Origin: Anolis carolinensis
Lineage: Eukaryota
DNA length: 64,000 nucleotides
Direction of reading: 5' to 3'
Assembly (NCBI RefSeq): GCF_035594765.1
Contig: NW_026943820.1
Span: forward strand, 13,214,647-13,278,646
Shown: positions 48,801 to 60,696 of the stretch, one piece after another
Layout of the letters: every line of letters begins with the position of its first letter
Position numbering within the stretch: the first letter of the stretch is position 1
Translations under genes and position numbers: made by a program
The notes under the pieces: generated by a model
The model's input: only the letters and a program-made list of their open reading frames with translations
What the model was told of the DNA's origin: nothing
Databases searched by the model: none

Positions 48801-49996
48801 NNNNGCCCCATCCTTCTCAGATACATGGGCAACAGTGTGACAACTACAGCTACCCGAAGAAAAGGCCTTTCAGTAATTCGGGTAAGGGACCAAACGGAAG
48901 CTGGCACAACATGAGACAGCAAAACCAAGCAAATCCCTTTCCTTGGCTCATGTATAAGTCTATAAATCTAATCACGTGGCTCCCAAAGCTCTTGGCTTTA
49001 CCGAAGAGTTTCCCTTTTCTTTCCTGCAGACCGAAGCGACTGGCAGCGGGAGCGCAAGCTCAGCTACGGCGGCAACTCCAGGCAAGGACGGGGTGGAGAA
49101 CGGCACCATCCGTACGACCAGCACAGGCACAAGGAGCACCACGATGGAGACCGCCGCCCACGCGAGGAACCTCATTGCAGCTCGGAGAGCTACCAGCCCA
49201 AGACCCCCTCTCGCAAGCGGCCCCATGAGCAGGACAACAGTGACCGGGACCACCGGGGCCACCGTGACTCCTATGACCGGTGAGAATTAACTTCTCTTGT
49301 TCTCGGGATTCAGCATTCAACAGGCTTCGTGTCCCCTCTCTCATCCAAGAGCTTGGGGAAGTTACTTTCTAGGACTACAGCTCTCTGAACCCAGTTGGCC
49401 ATTGTGTCAAATGAGGCTGAATTGAATGGTGGGTCAAAATGGATCTTGTCACGAATTGTGTTGCTGAGGCTTGGATAAGTCATAAGCTTGGTGATAAAAG
49501 TGCCAGCTGCCTTTTTAAGAGCAGGGGGTGTCCTCCAAATGTTGCTAAGCAGGACTCCTTCAGGTTCAGTCCAAGAACATCTAGATTTACAGGAATGTGA
49601 TTCCTAAGACCTCAAAGGGGGCCATGTTGCTGAGTGGCTTCTTCTGATTCCTCTCTGCGGTTGTCTCTCGTCCTGTCCAGGCACCACCATGATCCCAAGC
49701 GGCGAAGAACCGAAGAGATCCGTCCTCACCAGCAAGAATTCAGGCGGATGTCGGACCCCATCGGCTACCACGGCCAGGGGCCTTCAGACCACCACCGCTC
49801 TTTCCGCCCGGAGAAGTCTGGTGATTCTAAGATGTCCTCTGCTCCTCCCTCCAAGTACTACGATCCTCGCTCCCCACATGCACAGAAAGCCCCACATGAA
49901 GCCATGTCTGTCTTTGAACACCGGTCCCCCCTGCAAGGGTTATATAGGGATCAGAAGATCAGTCCTGGATATAACTGGCACAGCCGGAAGACATAA
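39847..49996 (+). CDS. CHD2 C-terminus-derived protein, copy 6 (~431 aa), with a Gypsy element in intron 1
   Basis: Exons 39847-39849, 47183-47317, 47587-47765, 47857-47959, 48572-48881 (N-run 48669-48804), 49030-49279, 49681-49996; sense-oriented LTR poly(A) signals may truncate the transcript. Confidence 0.55.
41178..41541 (+). repeat. 5' LTR of element A
   Basis: TGTCATGG...CAGGACA; TATAAAA at 41408, AATAAA at 41471. Confidence 0.95.
41545..41555 (+). promoter_or_regulatory. Self-priming primer-binding site
   Basis: AAGTCAGGAAT is the exact reverse complement of ATTCCTGACTT at 41439-41449, about 30 nt downstream of the LTR TATA box. Confidence 0.75.
41595..46403 (+). CDS. Gag-Pol polyprotein (Gag, CCHC, protease, RT, RNase H, integrase)
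   Basis: First ATG at 41595; [14 protein letters not shown]; FVDCGCS protease; LRLCIDYR and FLDDILI (RT); HCDAS (RNase H); H..GH..CDDC, SDRG, NGAVER and GPF (integrase); no C-terminal chromodomain. Confidence 0.95.
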   Translation: MSREGDQSHDGAKGPPLGALPLAEETLQAIASSTGYPKPDGVTQRIPRGGRGVPAAAETSWGSGGSMPETVALRLSILETHLSRLSDTVGRIVPILEENLQKEHIRYGAEREPSKGGDWSQRGQRASTQSPAAARDEGDEEYWQELEFRDRMAREVERQRALGTLRPPSPTELPTPQMGVGVERPLGPGIGSSGLADEGGEEQEIQEEEEDVPYDGERRDAGATARPVCGWGEGPTAAAGFREPRRMTTGVGRGVIQGNPMQPFPMPPRQHQRAAEWMPRREDLKLEYGGESAELNFFLISIRGYMEDNAHTFPSEASRVRAIGNTLKRGAASWYVQLHARQDPCLRSVPRFLAALENRFRDRLEQLRARDQLKGIKQRDKTVPEYAEEFLHLAERVPEWSEVTKVELFKEGLRPEIFSWAAHRDDPETLQGWIQLAGRVESTLAQVKRFRSSGGQQRPVARGRGETRKQERPGGRPGIPSRGDDNKPKPGCFVCGKTGHRAAECWARKGEPPKPSKPKPATGRRAEEEVQAPESSEKLVSRDKRMIVVPICLSGLENRATCKAFVDCGCSRNIITPELAGALKCQQMALDSPIAFSQLDGSVATGEVSTKEIREVPCKIGKWEGRISFVIAPIATYHVILGIPWLEQANPEVDWRGKSLAFKEQQTQWEISKIAEEEDEGDEEGEIDPLLLPPEYRDFVDVFNQKEASKLPPKRNIEVEIEITPGANLPKPKVYPMSVQEKEELRKYIDKNLARGFIKPSNSPLGAPVLFRRKKDNSLRLCIDYRNLNAITKDNKYPMPLVKDLITVLKKGSIFTKLDLIEAYHKLRIKPEDTWKTAFSCAFGHFEYKILPFGLKNGGGCFMQLINEILHPLLYRGVFIFLDDILIVTEDKEKHVKLVREVLQRLREAKLYAKLSKCEFNKTQIDFLGYRISPEGLAMDPAKVSDVKEWGVPQTRRQLQSFLGFANFYRSFIKGFAQITAPLTELLKTKGKGETAKVKAPGAKLSWTPECQKAFETLKECFTEGPILKHPDIRSPFIIHCDASDCAYGAVLLQKDQNGNLKPCGYLSRKFSETEKCWPIWEKEALAILKALECWRHFLEGSGIPFEIWSDHKNLQYLKSPRKLSPKQIRWAQYFSRFDFQLKFFQGKQNVLADALSRMPQHEGIPTAKEGTIFSDKQWGLAVRTRAQTQKENTAMVELDGKDNWGNELKQSYEGDQWIASNAEQGEQKGGFWFVNKKLYIPATLRIKILHRFHNNQSAGHTGITKTTKAIAKHCWWPGMRKDIKNYVVQCDDCARNKSRGGKPMGLLQTVAEPTRPWECVAMDFVGELPVSKGHRYIWTVLDLFSKQAHFIALTKLPSAEKLAELYINHIYKLHGCPSRVVSDRGVQFTAKFWEKFLEMLGAERSLSSAFHPMTNGAVERTQQTLGQFLRMYSNMRQNDWSRWLAFAELAFNSTIHSATNKTPFEVVYGYEIQPLPQLPRWTENEGTEAGKWKAQMMECWSQVTASLKEAHKKYKVFADRKRVEGDKLEKGDLVWLSTQNIKLGLPSKKLGPKYIGPFRIQGVINEVTFQLALPKSLGKIHPVFHRSLLKKYMDALDKMDT
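46475..46838 (+). repeat. 3' LTR of element A
   Basis: No difference from the 5' LTR seen on manual comparison. Confidence 0.95.
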
Positions 49997-52533
49997 GAAC
50001 CCGGAGATTAGATTTATTTATTTTCTCTTTTTGTAGGTAGTCTGTCAGTAGTTTCCAGTCCGTTCTATGAATTGATGTTCTATCCTGGCCAATTTTTGTG
50101 TCAGGAAGTCCACATTCATTATGTCCAACACTTTAGAAATCCATTTTTCAATACTAGGTATTTTATCCTTTGTAATTGCATAGATCACTAAACCTTTACT
50201 TTTTAAGGTTGCCTTCTCAATAGTCATTTTTTATATACATATTTATTTTCTCTTTTTGTAGGTAATCTGTAAGTAGTTTCCATTCCGCTCAATTAATTGA
50301 TGTTCTATCCTGGGCCAATTTTTGTGTCAGGAAAGCCATATTCATTATGTCCAAGTCTTTAGAAATCCATTTTTCAATACTAGGTATTTCTTGAAATTTC
50401 CATTCCTGTGCCAGAGTAGCCGCTGTTGTAAAATAGAATATAATCCTATCTGTGTTTTTATCTACCTGTGGATTTGTGATTCCCAATAAAAATATTTATG
50501 ATTTAAATTCAAATTGTTCCTGTAAATTTTTTGTCATTTTTTTTATACCACGTCCCAGACCTTTTTTACCCTTTTGCACTCCCGCCACATGTGGATGAAA
50601 GTGCCGATATTCTTTCCACTTTCCTAGCACTTTCCATTTGTTTTTCCTTTATTATACAAAGCCAGTTTTTTCGGAGTTAACTGCCACATGTAGAACATTT
50701 TGTGCCAATTCTCCCCGATCTCCGCTGCATATGCCTATCCTGGCTTCTTTGTCCATATCTCCTCCCACAGACTCATGCAAATGGTGTGTCCTACTTCTCT
50801 GGCCCATTTTATCATCACTTCCTTTACTTGTTCCTCCTCTGTCGCCCAGGTAAGTAATTGCCTAGAGATTATTTTTATTAATTTACTAGCTTGGGGACCC
50901 GGCGATGCCTGGGTCATTTGAGAAAGGCATTGTTTGCATGTGTTCCAAGTGTAGTCAATATCCAATGTCAGCTGGGTTCAGTGGGTGTAGGTGAACTCCA
51001 ACTCCCATTTGCAAGTCCCATCATCCAGTGTCCATCCCCCTCCAAACAGCGCCAGGATGTAGAGTAGGTCATGGGGGCTCTATGTACCAAGTTTGGTCTT
51101 GATCAGTCATTTGTGTGGGTCGCGGTGCTCTCAAGAAGTGAGTGAAGTTATAGCAAGTCCCATCATCCATAGTCCCTCCTCCTCCAAACTTCACCAGGAT
51201 GTAAAGTGGGCCACCCTGCACCTGTGTGTCAATTTGGTCCAGTTTCATCATTCGTAGGCATGACAGTGGTCTGTGGGAGGTGAATTGGATGAAGGTACTG
51301 CAGATCCCATAATCCTTGGTCCATCCTCCGCCAAACTGCTGCAGCATGTAAAGTGTGTCATTTGGGGTATGTGTGCCTGGTTGAGTTCAGTTCTGTGATT
51401 CGTGGCAGTTGCTATATGCAACCATCTCAAAATAACACAACACACCAGACATCACAGTTGTGGAAAAGAAAAAGGTTTGGATCATTGATGTTGCCATCCC
51501 AGATGAGAGTTGCATTGATGAAAAACAACAGGAAAAACTCAGCCGCTATCAGGACCTCAGGATTGAATTGCAAAGACTCTGGCAGAAACCAGTGCAGGTG
51601 GTCCTGGTGGTGATGGGCACACTGGGTGCCGTGCCAAAAGATCTCAGCCGGCATTTGGAAACAATAGACGTTGACAAAATTACGATCTGTCAACTGCAAA
51701 AGGCCACCCTACTGGGATCTGCGTGCATCATCTGAAAATACATCACACAGTCCTAGACACTTGGGAAGTGTTCGACTTGTGGTTTTGTGATATGAAATCC
51801 AGCATATCTTTCTTGTTTGCTGTGTCATAATAAAATAATAATATTATTAATAATAATACCAATAATAATAATGCAGCATTTGTGTCCTATTTTTCTCCAG
51901 AGGTGACATCTGACACTCAAACCAATCAGAATATTTAATTTATGTGCCACTTCTCTCCCATAATGGAGCCAACTTGCCCAGTTTCTGATTCAAAGAAGGA
52001 TTGATAGATATTTCATTGATTTATTTCATTGGCTGTTGGATTGGGACCCAGGACAGCTCAGTTGAAACCAGTAGACTTTCAAACCACAGTTCAAACCATC
52101 GCAAGGGACGTGATTGGCCAGATGGGACCGAGTAGAATGGACTTTGTTTGTTTTGTTTCCTTGGAGATGAGATAGAATGTTGGGAAAGGTGGCTGGTCAG
52201 TTGAGGTGTTGAGTGGCATGGGTCGGTTGAGGTGGTGAGTGGCAGTGTTCAGTTGAGGTGTTGAGTGGCAGTGGTCAGTTGAGGTGGTGAGTGGCAGTGG
52301 TCGGTTGAGTTGGTGAGTGGCAGTGGTCGGTTGAGTTGGTGAGTGGCAGTGGTCGGTTGAGGTGGTCAGTTGAGGTGGTCAGTTGAGGAGATCACTTGTT
52401 GTGGTTGTTTGCGGTGGAGAGATTTCGAGAGCGAGAGCGGTCTTGACAAGACAGGCGCCTACGACATCGATTCCCTTCTAGGCATATTTGCCATTTGCGC
52501 TGTTCTCTTGACTTTTTTGCCTATTTCTTAGTC

Positions 52534-55500
52534 ATGGTAAGTGTTGTTAAAACGGGACCTACTACTGCTTTGAAATGGGATGAGCTTTTAAAACTAACGT
52601 GGCTGCTTTCTCCTTACTCTTCATTTATAGGTTACTTAGTTTTTCAGTTCTCTCTGAGTGAGATTCAAGGGGATTTTGGAACAAAATAATAAAAATATCC
52701 TTGAGATGTGGAAAGGAATGAAAGGCTTTGTAATGAATATGCGAGTAAAAGGAAAATGTGGCAATTTATACATGTTAAGATTTTTGAATAGGAGGTTGGT
52801 GGCTTTTCCATGGTTTCAGGCACTGGGGATGACTCTTCAACGGGTTTGGTTATTTAGTTTAAACTGTCCAAGGTACGGAACCTATTTTGGAATCGGGGCT
52901 CAGCACCTTGGGTAGCTCTTTTAAGATCCAGATTAAAGCTAAATTAAATTCACGATGTGCGGTGTGGATTTCTGCTGCCTCTTTTTTTGGCCGTCCCAAA
53001 AATCCCAGCATCTTTGGATGATTGCATATTTGAATATTTGAAAAGGGGAAGGAAACACTTTCAACATCCCATGTAGACATTGATGAACTTCTTATCCATT
53101 CTCTTCCTAATCCTTGGAAGCTTTCACCCAAAAGATATGATTTTGGAAACAGTTCAAGGAAAAACCTATCGAGAAGGTGCCCTAAAATAATTTTCCAAGG
53201 CATAGTGGATCATTTTGCCCCAATTTCACTTGGCCTTCATCGTCTTTTGGAGGTTGTTTGTTGGCCTTTCCCAGAGCCTGAGTGTGACTTCCTCCAAGTC
53301 TTCCTGTGACCTCTTTCAAGATTTTAGAGCAGTGGTTCTCAACCTGGGTCCCCAGATGTTTTTGGCCTTCAACTCCCAAAAATCTTAACAGCTGGTAAAC
53401 TGGCTGGGGTTTCTGGGAGTTGTAGGCCAAAAACATCTGGGGTCCAGGTTGAGAACCACCTCAGTTTTAGAGGCTGTGTTGTAAGACTAGAGAGCTATGT
53501 GGTATAGTGGTTTGAGTGTTGGATCAGGATGCAAGGAAACCAGGGCTCAAATCCCCATTTGTTTTGGCCATAGCAAGCCACTGGGTGACTCTGGGCAATA
53601 CTGGAGGGAATTGGGTGCCTGAGACCATAAGAAATACGTGTTTTCTGATGGTCTTTGGAGACCCTTCTGAAATCTCCTAATAATAATAACAATTATAATA
53701 ATAATAGTTTTATTCGGAAGGTCATCCTACTCGGACACGAGTGATTGCCGATGACATGAATAGTTTTATTTCCCCCCCGCCTCTCCTGATGGCTTGAGGG
53801 GGTTATAGCATGACTAAAGCGTAAACAAACACATCATCATTTTAAAACAATCTATTATATATATATATATCAAAACATATTTCGACAAAACAAAACTTGC
53901 ATACAGTATTTGAATACATCATTTAAAATGTGATATAGCAGGCTGTCCTACCTGTGAACACAATTTTTTGCAGTTTAATACACTTTTCCCCATTTTAATG
54001 ATAGAACCAATTCATATTATTAATATTAATATTAATGCCCCTTTTTATCTCCCCGGAAGGGGACCTTTTGTTTATTTCTTCATAGAATGGGAATTCCACC
54101 AAGCAGAGTTAAGGCTCCTTCTTCCGCTATTTTCTTGCATCGGGGTGAAATTCGGTCATGTCCCCGATTTTGCTTTAGGACTCACCGGCGTGTTTTTCTT
54201 CTTTTGCAGCCGAAAGGCAGTGAGACCAAATCTGGAAGAAAAGGCAAGAGTCCTCAGGGCCCTGTCCCCGGTACATCCAGGAGCAAGCCCATCCAGAGCG
54301 GCGAAGACAAACTGCATGACTTGGACCCGGAGAGCTTCAACATAGTAGGTTTTCCTCTGACTGAATGTGGATAGTGAGGGGAAGCAGGTAGAAGGCGCCG
54401 ACTTCCCAGATCTTGGGAGTTGGAGACACGGAAGAATTTAGAACTTGTGCTGCCTTCTGACTCTAACCATTTAAGGCTCCTTCTCTCAAGAGCCAGATAT
54501 AGGGAATAGCAATGGAACGGGGAGGTTGAAAGTAACCCCGACTCCTTCCACCCCACTCTGGGCCACCATATGGCTAAGAGATAGGCTTGCTCTCTGCTTG
54601 CTCTCCTTTTCAGTGCAAAGAGAGGATGCGGCCGGTGAAGAAAGCGCTGAAGCAGCTGGTCAATCCGAAGAGAGGGCTGTCTGAGAAGGATCAGGTGGAG
54701 CACATCCGGAGGTGCCTCCTGGAGATCGGTGACCACATCTCCGAGTGCTTGAAGGCGTTCTCGGAGCAGGAGGAGCTCAAGCTCTGGAGAGGGTAAGCCA
54801 GGCCTCCCGTCCCTGGGCTCAAGGGACACAAGAGGGAAAGCCTGGCCAGCACGGAGGGAACACACTCCCTTTCATGTCCCCAGGAACCTCTGGATCTTTG
54901 CCTCCAAGTTCACAGACTGTGATGCGAGGAAGCTGCACAACCTGTACAAGAGGGTGCACAAGAAGCGGTCCCAGGAGGAGGAGGTGAGACGGAGACATCG
55001 AAAGAGGGGAGGGTGCTACAGACCGTGGGGACTCAAAGGAGTGAGACTTCTGCATAGAGAAACAAGCAGGCGATCCCAGAAGCAAGAAACGTGTCCTCTA
55101 GGAAAACCTACAGGCATTTGTTTGCCTGGAACAGTTTTGGTCTTTGGGACACTTTCAATATATATATGTGTTTGTGTTTGGAACTGCCGTCCTGTTTAAT
55201 GGAGGGAGAATAGGCTAGTGTTCAAGGCAGGGGCAGCTGGGGATTGCAATCCAAGGTTTGGTCTCAATTACTGATCCTTTCTCCAGTGGTTTAGGTTTTT
55301 GGATAGCCCCAAGGTTAGATTAGAACTCAGAATAGCTAGAGACAGATGAATAGCTAGATATACAGACCAGCAGTCTGTTTATTAGTTGATTCACTTATTA
55401 AGGCAGTACTAGGAGGGTGCATTCTTCAGTTCCAATGTTAAAGAACTATCCCAGGGATTTAACTCTATCCCCTTGGATGCAACGCCTTTGAAAGTTCTAC

Positions 55501-57152
55501 TAAAGTTCCGATTAGAGTGGTTTTACTGTCTCAAGGGGGAAAAAAGATAGAAACACCACCAACTGTGGTTCAGGTGGTTTGGTCAAGGCCTAGAAATCTC
55601 TTTTGGCCAGATCACTGTCGTGTTTGTCACCAAGGCCTCTCTTTGCTCTCAGTGGAAACAGCAGAAGAAAGAAGAGGCCACCGGAGCCAAGAAGATGTCT
55701 CGCCCGGAGCACTGTGGGTCCAGCTTGGATTCCGTTGTGTCTCCCTTGCNNNNNNNNNNNNNNNNNNNNNNNNNNNNNNNNNNNNNNNNNNNNNNNNNNN
55801 NNNNNNNNNNNNNNNNNNNNNNNNNNNNNNNNNNNNNNNNNNNNNNNNNNNNNNNNNNNNNNNNNNNNNNNNNNNNNNNNNNNNNNNNNNNNNNNNNNNN
55901 NNNNNNNNNNNNNNNNNNNNNNNNNNNNNNNNNNNNNNNNNNNNNNNNNNNNNNNNNNNNNCAGCCCCATCCTTCTCAGATACATGGGCAACAGCGTGAC
56001 AACTACAGCTACCCGAAGAAAAGGCCTTTCAGTAATTCGGGTAAGGGACCAAATGGAAGCTGGCACAACATGAGACAGCAAAACCAAGCAACTCCCTTTC
56101 CTTGGCTCATGTATAAGTCTATAAATCTAATCATGTGGCTCCCAAAGCTCTTGGCTTTACCTAAGAGTTTCCCTTTTCTTTCCTGTAGACCGAAGCGACT
56201 GGCAGCGGGAGCGCATGCTCAGCTACGGCGGCAACGCCAGGCAAGGACGGGGTGGAGAACGGCACCATCCGTACGAGCAGCACAGGCACAAGGAGCACCA
56301 CGATGGAGACCGCCGCCCACGCGAGGAACCTCATTGCAGCTCGGAGAGCTACCAGCCCAAGACCCCCTCTCGCAAGCAGCCCCATGAGCAGGACAACAGT
56401 GACCGGGACCACCGGGGCCACCGTGACTCCTATGACCGGTGAGAATTAACTTCTCTTGTTCTCGGGATTCAGCATTCAACAGGCTTCGTGTCCCCTCTCT
56501 CATCCAAGAGCTTGGGGAAGTTACTTTCTAGGACTACAGCTCTCTGAACCCAGTTGGCCATTGTGTCAAATGAGGCTGAATTGAATGGTGGGTCAAAATG
56601 GATCTTGTCATGAATTGTGTTGCTGAGGCTTGGATAAGTCATAAGCTTGGTGATAAAAGTGCCAGCTGCCTTTTTAAGAGCAGGGGGTGTCCTCCAAATG
56701 TTGCTAAGCAGGACTCCTTCAGGGTCAGTCCAAGAACATCTAGATTTACAGGAATGCGATTCCTAAAACCTCAAAGGGGGCCATGTTGCTGAGTGGCTTC
56801 TTCTGATTCCTCTCTGCGGTTGTCTCTTGTCCTGTCCAGGCACCACCATGATCCCAAGCGAAGAACCGAAGAGATCCGTCCTCACCAGCAAGAATTCAGG
56901 CGGATGTCGGATCCCATCGGCTACCACGGCCAGGGGCCTTCAGACCACCACCGCTCTTTCCGCCCGGAGAAGTCTGGTGATTCTAAGATGTCCTCTGCTC
57001 CTCCCTCCAAGTACTACGATCCTCGCTCCCCACATGCACAGAAAGCCCCACATGAAGCCATGTCTGTCTTTGAACACCGGTCCCCCCTGCAAGGGTTATA
57101 TAGGGATCAGAAGATCAGTCCTGGATATAACTGGCGCAGCCAGAAGACATAA
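52534..57152 (+). CDS. CHD2 C-terminus-derived protein, copy 7 (~455 aa)
   Basis: Exons 52534-52536, 54210-54344, 54614-54792, 54884-54983, 55653-56040 (N-run 55750-55961), 56189-56438, 56840-57152 (one-codon deletion). Confidence 0.65.
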
Positions 57153-57774
57153 GAACCCGGAGATTAGATTTATTTATTTTCTCTTTTTGTAGGTAGTCTG
57201 TCAGTAGTTTCCAGTCCGTTCTATGAATTGATGTTCTATCCTGGGCCAATTTTTGTGTCAGGAAGTCCACATTCATTATGTCCAACACTTTAGAAATCCA
57301 TTTTTCAATACTAGGTATTTTATCCTTTGTAACTGCATAGATCACTAAACCTTTACTTTTTAAGGTTGCCTTCTCAATAGTCATTTTTTATATACATATT
57401 TATTTTCTCTTTTTGTAGGTAATCTGTAAGTAGTTTCCATTCCGCTCTATTAATTGATGTTCTATCCTGGGCCAATTTTTGTGTCAGGAAAGCCATATTC
57501 ATTATGTCCAAGTCTTTAGAAATCCATTTTTCAATACTAGGTATTTCTTGAAATTTCCATTCCTGTGCCAGAGTAATTCTAGCCGCTGTTGTAAAATAGA
57601 ATATAATCCTATCTGTGTTTTTATCTACCTGTGGATTTGTGATTCCCAATAAAAATATTTATGATTTAAATTCAAATTGTTCCTGTAAATTTTTTGTCAT
57701 TTTTTTATACCACGTACCAGACCTTTTTTACCCTTTTGCACTCCCGCCACATGTGGATGAAAGTGCCGATATTC

Positions 57775-58721
57775 ATAGAATCATAGAATCATAGAATAGT
57801 AGAGTTGGAAGAGACCACATGGGCCATCCAGTCCAACCCCCTGCTAAGAAGCAGGAAATTGCATTCAAAGCACCCCCGACAGATGGCCATCCAGCCTCTG
57901 CTTAAAAGCCTCCAAAGAAGGAGCCTCTACCACGGCCCCGGGGAGAGAGTTCCACTGTCGAACAGCTCTCACAGTGAGGAAGTTCTTCCTGATGTTCAGG
58001 TGGAATCTCCTTTCCTGTAGTTTGAAGCCATTGTTCCGTGTCCTAGTCTGCAGGGCAGCAGAAAACAAGCTTGCTCCCTCCTCCCTATGACTTCCCTTCA
58101 CGTATTTGTACATGGCTATCATGTCTCCTCTCAGCCTTCTCTTATGCAGGCTAAACATGCCCAGCTCTTTAAGCCGCTCCTCATAGGGCTTGTTCTCCAG
58201 ACCCTTAATCATTTTAGTCGCCCTCCTCTGGACGCTTTCCAGCTTGTCAACATCTCCCTTCAACTGTGGTGCCCAGAATTGGACGCAGTATTCCAAGTGT
58301 GGTCTGACCAAGGCAGAATAGAGGGGAAGCATGACTTCCCTGGATCTGGACGCTATTCCCCTATTGATGCAGGCCAGAATCCCATTGGCTTTTTTAGCAG
58401 CCGCATCACATTGTTGGCTCATGTTTAACTTGTTGTCCACAAGGACTCCAAGGTCTTTTTCGCACACACTGCTGTCAAGCCAGGCGTCCCCCATTCTGTA
58501 TCTTTGATTTCCATTTTTTCTGCCGAAGTGAAGTATCTTGCATTTGTCCCTGTTGAACTTCATTTTGTTAGTTTTGGCCCATCTCTCTAGTCTGTCAAGA
58601 TCGTTTTGAATTCTGCTCCTGTCTTCTGGAGTGTTAGCTATCCCTCCCAGTTTTGTGTCGACTGGAAACTTGATGATCGTGCCTTCTAACCCTTCGTCTA
58701 AGTCGTTAATAAAGATGTTGA
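57775..58721 (-). mobile_element. 5'-truncated CR1 LINE inserted in the L1 remnant of copy 7
   Basis: FINDLDEG...DTKLGG, KFNRDKCK, EKDLGVLVD, LVRPHLEYCVQFWAP; (ATTCTATG)n tail; empty site GATATTCTTTCCAC in the other copies. Confidence 0.95.
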
Positions 58722-60696
58722 TCTTTCCACTTTCCCAGCACTTTCCATTTGTTTTTCCTTTATTATACAAAGCCAGTTTTTTCGGAGTTAACTGCCACAT
58801 GTAGAACATTTTGTGCCAATTCTCCTCGATCTCCGCTGCATATGCCTATCCTGGCTTCTTTGTCCATATCTCCTCCCACGGACTCATGCAAATGGTGTGT
58901 CCTACTTCTCTGGCCCATTTTGTCATCACTTCCTTTACTTGTTCCTCCTCTGTCGCCCAGGTAAGTAATTGCCTAGAGATTATTTTTATTAATTTACTAG
59001 CTTGGGGACCCGGCGATGCCTGGGTCATTTGAGAAAGGCATTGTTTGCATGTGTTCCAAGTGTAGTCAATATCCAATGTCAGCTGGGTTCAGTGGGTGTA
59101 GGTGAACTCCAACTCCCATTTGCAAGTCCCATCGTCCAGTGTCCATCCCCCTCCAAACAGCGCCAGGATGTAGAGTAGGTCATGGGGGCTCTATGTACCA
59201 AGTTTGGTCTTGATCAGTCATTTGTGTGGGTCACGGTGCTCTCAAGAAGTGAGTGAAGATACTGCAAGTCCCATCATCCATGGTCCCTCCTCCTCCAAAC
59301 TGCACCAGGATGTAAAGTGGGCCACCCTGCACCTGTGTGTCAATTTGGTGCAGTTTCATCATTCGTAGGCATGACAGTGGTCTGTGGGAGGTGAATTGGA
59401 TGAAGGTACTGCAGATCCCATAATCCTTGGTCCATCCTCTGCCAAACTGCTGCAGCATGTAAAGTGTGTCATTTGGGGTATGTGTGCCTGGTTGAGTTCA
59501 GTTCTGTGATTCGTGGCAGTTGCTATATGCAACCATCTCAAAATAACACAACACACCAGACATCACAGTTGTGGAAAAGAAAAAGGTTTGGATCATTGAT
59601 GTTGCCATCCCAGATGAGAGTTGCATTGACGAAAAACAACAGGAAAAACTCAGCCGCTATCAGGACCTCAGGATTGAATTGCAAAGACTCCGGCAGAAAC
59701 CAGTGCAGGTGGTCCTGGTGGTGATGGGCACACTGGGTGCCGTGCCAAAAGATCTCAGCCGGCATTTGGAAACAATAGACGTTGACAAAATTACAATCCG
59801 TCAACTGCAAAAGGCCACCCTACTGGGATCTGCGCGCATCATCTGAAAATACATCACACAGTCCTAGACACTTGGGAAGTGTTCGACTTGTGGTTTTGTG
59901 ATATGAAATCCAGCATATCTTTCTTGTTTGCTGTGTCATAATAAAATATTATTATTATTAATAATAATACCAATAATAATAATGCAGCATTTGTGTCCTA
60001 TTTTTCTCCAGAGGTGACATCTGACACTCAAACCAATCAGAATATTTAATTTATGTGCCACTTCTCTCCCATAATGGAGCCAACTTGCCCAGTTTCTGAT
60101 TCAAAGAAGGATTGATAGATATTTCATTGATTTATTTCATTGGCTGTTGGATTGGGACCCAGGACAGCTCAGTTGAAACCAGTAGACTTTCAAACCACAG
60201 TTCAAACCATCGCAAGGGACGTGATTGGCCAGATGGGACCGAGTAGAATGGACTTTGTTTGTTTTGTTTCCTTGGAGATGAGATAGAATGTTGGGAAAGG
60301 TGGCTGGTCAGTTGAGGTGTTGAGTGGCATTGGTCGGTTGAGGTGGTGAGTGGCAGTGTTCAGTTGAGGTGTTGAGTGGCATTGGTCGGTTGAGGTGGTG
60401 AGTGGCAGTGTTCAGTTGAGGTGTTGAGTGGCAGTGGTCAGTTGAGGTGGTGAGTGGCAGTGGTCGGTTGAGTTGGTGAGTGGCAGTGGTCGGTTGAGTT
60501 GGTGAGTGGCAGTGGTCGGTTGAGGTGGTCAGTTGAGGTGGTCAGTTGAGGAGATCACTTGTTGTGGTTGTTTGCGGTGGAGAGATTTCGAGAGCGAGAG
60601 CGGTCTTGACAAGACAGGCGCCTACGACATCGATTCCCTTCTAGGCATATTTGCCATTTGCGTTGTTCTCTTGACTTTTTTGCCTATTTCTTAGTC

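Noticed and set aside
57865-58809. 314-aa L1-CR1 fusion ORF as a new gene
   Set aside because: Chance in-frame junction of a truncated CR1 with an L1 remnant; RT incomplete and catalytic motif altered
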